Shown: in pieces, positions 58,073 through 64,000 of the stretch
Layout of the letters: every line of letters begins with the position of its first letter
Numbering within the stretch: the first letter of the stretch is position 1
Source of the DNA: Thermomicrobiales bacterium
Lineage (GTDB): Bacteria > Chloroflexota > Chloroflexia > Thermomicrobiales > CFX8
Direction: 5' to 3'
Assembly (NCBI GenBank): GCA_037045155.1
Contig: JBAOIG010000003.1
Location: 5,818 to 69,817, forward strand
DNA length: 64,000 nucleotides
The notes under the pieces: generated by a model
Told to the model about the DNA's origin: nothing
The model's input: only the letters and a program-made list of their open reading frames with translations
Databases searched by the model: none
Translations under genes and position numbers: made by a program

Positions 58073-59730
58073 TCGACGCTATTACGCTCGAGGTCATGTG
58101 GAACCGGCTGATTGCCGTCGTCAACGAACAGGCAGCGGCGCTGATGCGGACATCGTTCACCACGATCGTTCGCGAATCGGGCGATCTGTCGGCCGGCGTC
58201 TTCGATACCCGAGGCAACATGATCGCGCAGGCCGTCACCGGCACACCCGGCCATATCAACGCGATGGCTACCTGCATCCATCACTTCCTGGCGGTGTACC
58301 CGGCCGATACCCTCCGGCCAGGTGATGTCCTGATTACCAACGATCCCCAGAAGACGTCGGGCCACCTCCACGACTTCACGGTGATCACGCCGGTGTTCAG
58401 TGCGCCTGACGTTGGGCGGGAGGCACGGCTGGTCGGATTCTTCGGAAACACCTGCCATGTGCTGGATATCGGCGGGCGCGGGCTGGGGACCGATGCACGC
58501 TCGGTTTACGAAGAGGGGCTGTTCGTCCCGATCACCAAGCTCTACGACGCCGGGGTCGAGAACCGGGAGTTGCTGAAGCTGCTGGCGGCGAATGTCCGCA
58601 CGCCCGAACCGGTGCTTGGCGACATCCACGCCCAGGTTGCCGGGAACGATGTCGGCGGCCGGCGATTGATCGAGTTCATGGATGAGTTTGCTCTTGAATC
58701 GCTTGAGCCGTTGGCTGACGCAATTATCGATCGGTCTGAACGAGCCATGCGCGCCGCCATCGCCGCGCTACCCGACGGCGAATGGCGCAACATTGTCTAC
58801 TCCGATGGCTACGAAGAGCCTGTCCGGCTGGAGGTGACGCTGACCAAGCTCGGCGACGAAATCTGGGTCGACTGGGCCGGCTCCAGCCCGGAGAGCACCC
58901 GTGGCATCAACGTCGTCCTCAATTACACCCACGCCTACACGACGTATGCCCTGAAGTGTGCGCTAGCGCCGGAGGTGCCGAACAACGAGGGGTCGTTCCG
59001 GCCAGTCCATGTCTCCGCCCCGCCAGGGTCGATCCTCAACGCCCAGCCCCCGGCCGCGGTTGGCGCGCGTCATATCATCGGCCACTTCCTGCCCGGCGCG
59101 ATCTTCGGCGCGCTGGCGCAGATCATCCCCGAGCGGGTGATGGCCGAGGGCGCGGCCAACATCTGGAACATCCAGCTCACTGGCAAGGATGACGACGGCC
59201 GACTCTGGACCTACGTCTGGTTCTCGACTGGCGGCACCGGCGCCCGGCCAACCAGCGATGGCATCAGCGCTGCCGCATTCCCCAGCGGCATCTCCGGCGT
59301 CCCGTCCGAGGTTATCGAAAGCCTTGCGCCGGTCATCATCCACCGTCGCGAGCTGCGCCAGGATTCCGGCGGTGCCGGAAAATATCGCGGCGGGCTCGGC
59401 CAGACGCTTGAGTTCTCGGTCCGGACCAGACACCCGTACACGTTTTCGCCCCTCTTCGACCGCGTCCATTTCGCTGCCCAGGGCGCCGATGGCGGGCATC
59501 CCGGTGCGCTGGCGAGGATCACGACCTCGTCTGGCGAGGAGCTGGACCGCAAGGGCGCTCGCGAGCTGCCGGCCGGCGCGCACGTCACGCTCGAACTCCC
59601 CGGCGGCGGCGGCTACGGGAACCCGCGCGACCGCGACCCGGCCGCCGTCCACGACGATATCCGTGAGGGACTTGTCTCGGCGAGCGAGGCCCGGTCGGCA
59701 TATGGCATCGATCCGGAACCCGGCGATTGA
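58069..59730 (+). CDS. hyuB: hydantoinase B/oxoprolinase family protein
   Basis: MIDAITLEVMWNRL...RESGDLSAGVFD...NDPQKTSGHLHD is typical of the HyuB family. ATGA overlap with hyuA. Confidence 0.8.
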   Translation: MIDAITLEVMWNRLIAVVNEQAAALMRTSFTTIVRESGDLSAGVFDTRGNMIAQAVTGTPGHINAMATCIHHFLAVYPADTLRPGDVLITNDPQKTSGHLHDFTVITPVFSAPDVGREARLVGFFGNTCHVLDIGGRGLGTDARSVYEEGLFVPITKLYDAGVENRELLKLLAANVRTPEPVLGDIHAQVAGNDVGGRRLIEFMDEFALESLEPLADAIIDRSERAMRAAIAALPDGEWRNIVYSDGYEEPVRLEVTLTKLGDEIWVDWAGSSPESTRGINVVLNYTHAYTTYALKCALAPEVPNNEGSFRPVHVSAPPGSILNAQPPAAVGARHIIGHFLPGAIFGALAQIIPERVMAEGAANIWNIQLTGKDDDGRLWTYVWFSTGGTGARPTSDGISAAAFPSGISGVPSEVIESLAPVIIHRRELRQDSGGAGKYRGGLGQTLEFSVRTRHPYTFSPLFDRVHFAAQGADGGHPGALARITTSSGEELDRKGARELPAGAHVTLELPGGGGYGNPRDRDPAAVHDDIREGLVSASEARSAYGIDPEPGD

Positions 59731-60054
59731 TTCCAGTATTGAATCCAGCCGCGCTTCAATGCATCCATTCTTTCATCACCCGACGTTAACTGGGTATGAG
59801 GGGAAGCGGGCATCTCGGAGTCGCTGACGCCAGAGTTGTCAGGTAGCAGCGACGCGGGCTGGAGGAGACGATCCCACGGTTCAGGAAACGGACGTTGGCG
59901 CGACGACTGCGGCTCTCGGGCAACCGGCGGCCCGGCTCGTCGTTGCGTGCGTGCTTCGCGGCCATCGATCGATCCGACCAGCCTTCCTCTCGAGACGACT
60001 CGGCGTCTGGCCAATGGTGGCCGGCGTGATGGTCCGGATGAAGGAGGAGACAGC

Positions 60055-61953
60055 GTGAGTCAACCCGAACACGGATTCGACGCGCTCCGCGAGGAGGTTC
60101 TCGCGGGTAAGTTGGATCGACGGCAGGTTCTCAAGCGTGGCGCGATGCTCGGCCTGAGCGCGCCGGTGATCGCCGGCTTGCTGGCCGCCTGCGGCGGCAG
60201 CGAGAAGGCGACATCAACTCCAGCAGCGGCGGCGACGACCGCGCCGGGCGGCGAGGCGACCAAGCCGGCCGAGAGCAGCCCAACGGCTGCCAGCGGCGCC
60301 ACTGAACCCGCAGGCGCCAGTCCGACGGCAGCCGAAGCCAAGCCGACCGAAGCGCCCGTCGGCGAGCGTGGTGGCGGCGGGAATCTGCGCCTCCTTTACT
60401 GGCAGGCGCCGGTCATCCTCAACGTCCACCTGGCGAATGGCACCAAGGACTACCACGCGTGCCGAGTCTGCATGGAGCCTCTGGCCGACTGGGATATCGA
60501 GGAGAAGCCGGTTCTCTTCCTGGCAGCCGAGTTCCCCTCGGTCGAAAACAAGACCCTCGCCCCTGACGGCACCTGGTGCATCTGGAAGCTCCGCGAGGGT
60601 GTCAAGTGGCACGATGGCGAAGACTTCGATGCCGACGACGTCGTCTTCACCTACGAGTACGTCACCAACACGGAAAACGCGACAACGACGATCGGCCGCT
60701 ATCAGACGATCAAGACCGTCGAGAAGGTCGACAACTACACGATCAAGGTGACGTTCAAGGAGCCAACACCGGCCTGGTATGACCCGTTCACGACAACTGA
60801 GGGCTGCATCCTGCCGGAGCATATCTTCAAGGACTACCAGGGCTCGGAATCACGCAACGCCCCGGCGAACCTGAAGATCACCGGCACCGGCCCATTCAAG
60901 GTGCGGGAGTTCCGACCTGGCGACGTCTGCCTCTACGATCTGTTCGAGGACTACTGGGACCCGGGCAAGCCACACCTCGACTCGGTCGAGATGAAGGGTG
61001 GCGGCGACTCGGCCGGCGCTGCGCGGGCGGTGCTGCAGACCGGCGAGGGCGACTGGGCCTGGAACATCCAGGTCGAGCCGTCGGTGCTCGCTCCGATGGA
61101 AAAAGCCGGGTTCGGCAAGCTCGACGCGCTGCCGGGTGGCGGCACCGAGCGGCTGATGATCAACTTCTCGGACCCGAACACCGAGGTCGATGGCCAGAAA
61201 TCGCACTTCGGCACGCCACACCCGATCTGGAGCGACGTGCGGGCGCGTCAGGCGCTCGCCTACCTCTGCGACCGAGGGACGATCGCCGAGCAGCTGTACG
61301 GCAAGGGCGGCGTGGCGGCGACGAACCAGTTCGACGTGCCGGCCAAGTTCACCAACAAGGAGCTGACGGCCGAGTTCAACATCGACAAGGCGAAGGCATT
61401 GCTCGATGAGATGGGCTTCAAGGGCGGCGACATCCTGTATCAAACGACGATCAACACGGTGCGTCAGAAGACACAGGAGATCATCAAGCAGGCGATGGAG
61501 TCGGTCGGGTTCAAGGTCCAGCTGAAGAGCATCGACTCGGCCGTCTACTTCTCGACGGATCAGGGCAGCCCGGACACGTCGGGCAAGTTCAACGCCGACC
61601 TTGAGATGCACACCAACGGCTCCGATCTCTATCCCGCAACCTGGTTCGAGCGTTATCGCACTGACCAGATCGCCCAGAAGGAGAACGGCTGGGCCGGATC
61701 CAACTACTTCCGCTACTCGAACCCCGAGTACGACAAGATGCACGACCAGTGCCGAGTCGAGATGGATCCGGACAAGCAGATCACGCTGTTCCAGGCCATG
61801 ATGAAGCTGGTCACCGAGACCGATGCCGTCGAGGTGCCGCTGGTCAACCGGACCGGCCTGTCGGCGATGAGCAACAAGATCGAGGGTCGCGTCGGCTCGC
61901 CATGGGCCGCAGACCCGCCGTGGGAGCTCAGAGACTGGACCCTCAAGGGCTAA
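60055..61953 (+). CDS. ABC transporter substrate-binding lipoprotein, family 5
   Basis: GTG 60055 after AAGGAGGAG. Twin-arginine signal LDRRQVLKRGAMLGLSAPVIAGLLAACGG, an A/T/P/S/E linker, then the SBP_bac_5 body. Confidence 0.85.
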   Translation: MSQPEHGFDALREEVLAGKLDRRQVLKRGAMLGLSAPVIAGLLAACGGSEKATSTPAAAATTAPGGEATKPAESSPTAASGATEPAGASPTAAEAKPTEAPVGERGGGGNLRLLYWQAPVILNVHLANGTKDYHACRVCMEPLADWDIEEKPVLFLAAEFPSVENKTLAPDGTWCIWKLREGVKWHDGEDFDADDVVFTYEYVTNTENATTTIGRYQTIKTVEKVDNYTIKVTFKEPTPAWYDPFTTTEGCILPEHIFKDYQGSESRNAPANLKITGTGPFKVREFRPGDVCLYDLFEDYWDPGKPHLDSVEMKGGGDSAGAARAVLQTGEGDWAWNIQVEPSVLAPMEKAGFGKLDALPGGGTERLMINFSDPNTEVDGQKSHFGTPHPIWSDVRARQALAYLCDRGTIAEQLYGKGGVAATNQFDVPAKFTNKELTAEFNIDKAKALLDEMGFKGGDILYQTTINTVRQKTQEIIKQAMESVGFKVQLKSIDSAVYFSTDQGSPDTSGKFNADLEMHTNGSDLYPATWFERYRTDQIAQKENGWAGSNYFRYSNPEYDKMHDQCRVEMDPDKQITLFQAMMKLVTETDAVEVPLVNRTGLSAMSNKIEGRVGSPWAADPPWELRDWTLKG

Positions 61954-61981
61954 GTCTCAGGGAAGACAATCAGTTCGGCAT

Positions 61982-62014
61982 AACGAGAGGCGGGCATTCT
62001 GCTCGCCTCTCGTT
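61982..62014 (+). terminator. stem-loop after the first binding-protein gene
   Basis: AACGAGAGGCG-GGCATTCTGCT-CGCCTCTCGTT forms an 11-bp stem. The U-tract is weak (GCGTCTCTC). Confidence 0.4.
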
Positions 62015-62090
62015 GCGTCTCTCGCTCGATGCATCCAGTCACTGCCGGCCGGCGTATACCACGTAACGGGCGCACGGCTTTGCGAGTATG

Positions 62091-62119
62091 TTGTCGCAAG
62101 GATCGTGACTCCGTACAAT
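62091..62119 (+). promoter_or_regulatory. candidate sigma70 promoter for the second binding-protein gene
   Basis: TTGTCG (62091-62096), 17-nt spacer, TACAAT (62114-62119). The -35 region overlaps the small inverted repeat TTGCGA-N8-TCGCAA (62080-62099). Confidence 0.4.
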
Positions 62120-62339
62120 TCCGCAACTCCCATATCCGGATAGCCCCGGCTCGGTCATTTCGTCGCTCTGCGATGCGAAGGATCAGCCGGCGCGAGGTGG
62201 CTCGTTGACCGTTTCGGCAGGCGTGGCGTGAACCTGTTCGCGGCGATCGGCAGTACCCGCATATCCGTATTGGGAGCTTCTGGGACCGGTGCGATGTGCG
62301 CCGGTTGTCTGGCCGGGTTTCGTGGAGGGCGACCGACTG

Positions 62340-64000
62340 ATGAGCGATTCATCGAATGGGTTCGATCGGCTAGAGGCCGACGTGCTGGCCGGCCGTCTGG
62401 ATCGGCGGCAGGTCCTCAAGCGTGGGGCGATGCTCGGCTTGAGCGCGCCGGTGATTGCGGGACTGCTGGCTGCCTGTGGAGGCAGCAGCGAGAAGGCGAC
62501 GTCGACGCCAGCGGCGGTGGCGACGAAGCCGGCCGGTGGTGAGGCGACGAAGCCGGCGGAAGCGACCAAGCCGGCCGCGAGCAGCCCGACGGCGGCCGCA
62601 GCCAGCCCGACGGTAGCCGAAGCCAAGCCGACCGAAGCGCCCGTCGGCGAGCGTGGTGGCGGCGGGAATCTGCGCCTCCTTTACTGGCAGGCGCCGGTCA
62701 TCCTCAACGTCCACCTGGCGAATGGCACCAAGGACTACCACGCCTGCCGCATCTGCATGGAGCCTCTGGCCGACTTCGATAGCGAGCTGGAGCCGGTTCT
62801 GTTTCTGGCGAGCGAATACCCCTCGGTTGCGAACAAGACGCTGGACCCGGATGGCAAGTGGTGCATCTGGAAGCTCCGCGAAGATGTCAAGTGGCACGAT
62901 GGCGAAGCTTTCGACGCCGATGACGTCGTCTTCACCTTCCAGTACATCACCAACGGGGAGAATGCCGCGACCACGATCGGCCGCTACAAGACAGTCGATA
63001 CTGTCGAAAAAGTCGACAACTACACGATCAAGGTGAACTTCAAGGAGTCAACGCCCGCGTGGTACGACCCGTTTACCACCACCGAGGGTTGTATCCTGCC
63101 GGAACATATCTACAAGGACTTCCAGGGCTCGGAATCGCGCAACGCCCCGGCGAACCTGAAGATCACCGGCACCGGCCCATTCAAGGTGCGGGAGTTCCGA
63201 CCCGGCGACGTCTGCCTCTACGATATCTTCGAAGACTATTGGGACCCGGGCAAGCCGCACCTTGACTCGGTCGAGATGAAGGGCGGCGGCGATTCAGTCG
63301 GCGCTGCGCGGGCTGTGCTCCAGTCGGGTGAGGCGGACTGGGCCTGGAACCTGCAGGTCGAGCCGTCCGTGCTCAACCCGATGGAGGCGGCCGGCATTGG
63401 CACGGTCTCAGCACTGCCGGGCGGCGGCACCGAGCGGTTGATGATGAACTTCTCCGATCCGCGTACCGAGGTCGATGGACAGTTCTCGCACTTCGGCACG
63501 CCGCACCCGGCCTGGAGTGACGTGCGGGCGCGTCAGGCGCTCGCCTATCTCTGCGATCGCGCGACGATCGCAGAGCAGCTCTATGGCAAAGGCGGCCTCG
63601 CCGCGACGAACCAGTACGACGAGCCGGCCAAGTTCACCAACAAGGAGCTGACGGCCGAGTTCAACATCGACAAGGCCAAAGCGCTCCTCGGTGAGATGGG
63701 CTTCACCGGCGCTGAGATCCTCTACCAGACATCGATCAACTCCGTACGCCAGAAGACACAGGAGATCATCAAGCAGGCGATGGAGTCGGTCGGATTCAAG
63801 GTCCAGCTGAAGAGCGTTGACGCGGCGGTCTATTTCTCGACCGATGCCGGAAACCCGGACACGGCCGGTAAGTTCTACGCCGACCTGGAGATGCACACCA
63901 ACGGGTCTGGAATCTACCCAGCCCAGTGGTTCGAGCGTTATCGCGGCGACCGGATCTCCCAGAAGGAAAATGGCTGGACGGGCAGCAATGCGTTCCGCTA
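62340..64000 (+). CDS. ABC transporter substrate-binding lipoprotein, family 5 (tandem paralog, 3' end outside window)
   Basis: ATG 62340 after GGAGGG. MSDSSNGFDRLEADVLAGRLDRRQVLKRGAMLGLSAPVIAGLLAACGG... continues open to the window end. Most positions are identical to 60055..61953. It is absent from the ORF track because no stop is reached. Confidence 0.85.
   Translation, partial: MSDSSNGFDRLEADVLAGRLDRRQVLKRGAMLGLSAPVIAGLLAACGGSSEKATSTPAAVATKPAGGEATKPAEATKPAASSPTAAAASPTVAEAKPTEAPVGERGGGGNLRLLYWQAPVILNVHLANGTKDYHACRICMEPLADFDSELEPVLFLASEYPSVANKTLDPDGKWCIWKLREDVKWHDGEAFDADDVVFTFQYITNGENAATTIGRYKTVDTVEKVDNYTIKVNFKESTPAWYDPFTTTEGCILPEHIYKDFQGSESRNAPANLKITGTGPFKVREFRPGDVCLYDIFEDYWDPGKPHLDSVEMKGGGDSVGAARAVLQSGEADWAWNLQVEPSVLNPMEAAGIGTVSALPGGGTERLMMNFSDPRTEVDGQFSHFGTPHPAWSDVRARQALAYLCDRATIAEQLYGKGGLAATNQYDEPAKFTNKELTAEFNIDKAKALLGEMGFTGAEILYQTSINSVRQKTQEIIKQAMESVGFKVQLKSVDAAVYFSTDAGNPDTAGKFYADLEMHTNGSGIYPAQWFERYRGDRISQKENGWTGSNAFR

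Overview
This high-GC bacterial window splits into two unlike blocks. Block 1 (1 to ~11.2 kb) is extremely GC-rich and carries Myxococcota-type genes: a Ser/Thr kinase, a PEGA protein, lipoproteins, and an S1 protease ending in a MYXO-CTERM sorting tail. Several of these genes can only be read by hopping between reading frames. Block 2 (~11.2 to 64 kb) looks Chloroflexota/Thermomicrobia-like by gene content and codon usage, which is my inference and not a search result. Apart from its first gene, a twice-frameshifted FkbH-like gene sitting right at the junction, it is intact. It encodes proline catabolism (P5C dehydrogenase and proline dehydrogenase), a D-aminoacylase, three peptide-type ABC binding proteins (two permeases follow the first of them), acs, leuS, gcvPB, mtnA, cca, accD/accA, glgC, hydantoinase A/B, and a NitT/TauT-type transporter fragment. 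The most unusual feature I can support is the leuS leader. It is a complete class-I T-box riboswitch with a CUC Leu specifier, and it has an entire tRNA-Ala(GGC) gene sitting where Stem III normally is, between the F-box and the antiterminator. Other features worth a second look: two paralogous secreted proteins built from a repeated, unassigned module (one translationally coupled to a TPR protein next to an M14 peptidase, the other fused to Cna-B-like repeats opposite a chagasin-type inhibitor); two families of intergenic hairpin repeats; G-quadruplex motifs just past two stop codons; and the abrupt, indel-rich junction between the blocks, which could be an assembly chimera or a decaying foreign insert. 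No rRNA, CRISPR array, transposase or integrase was seen.
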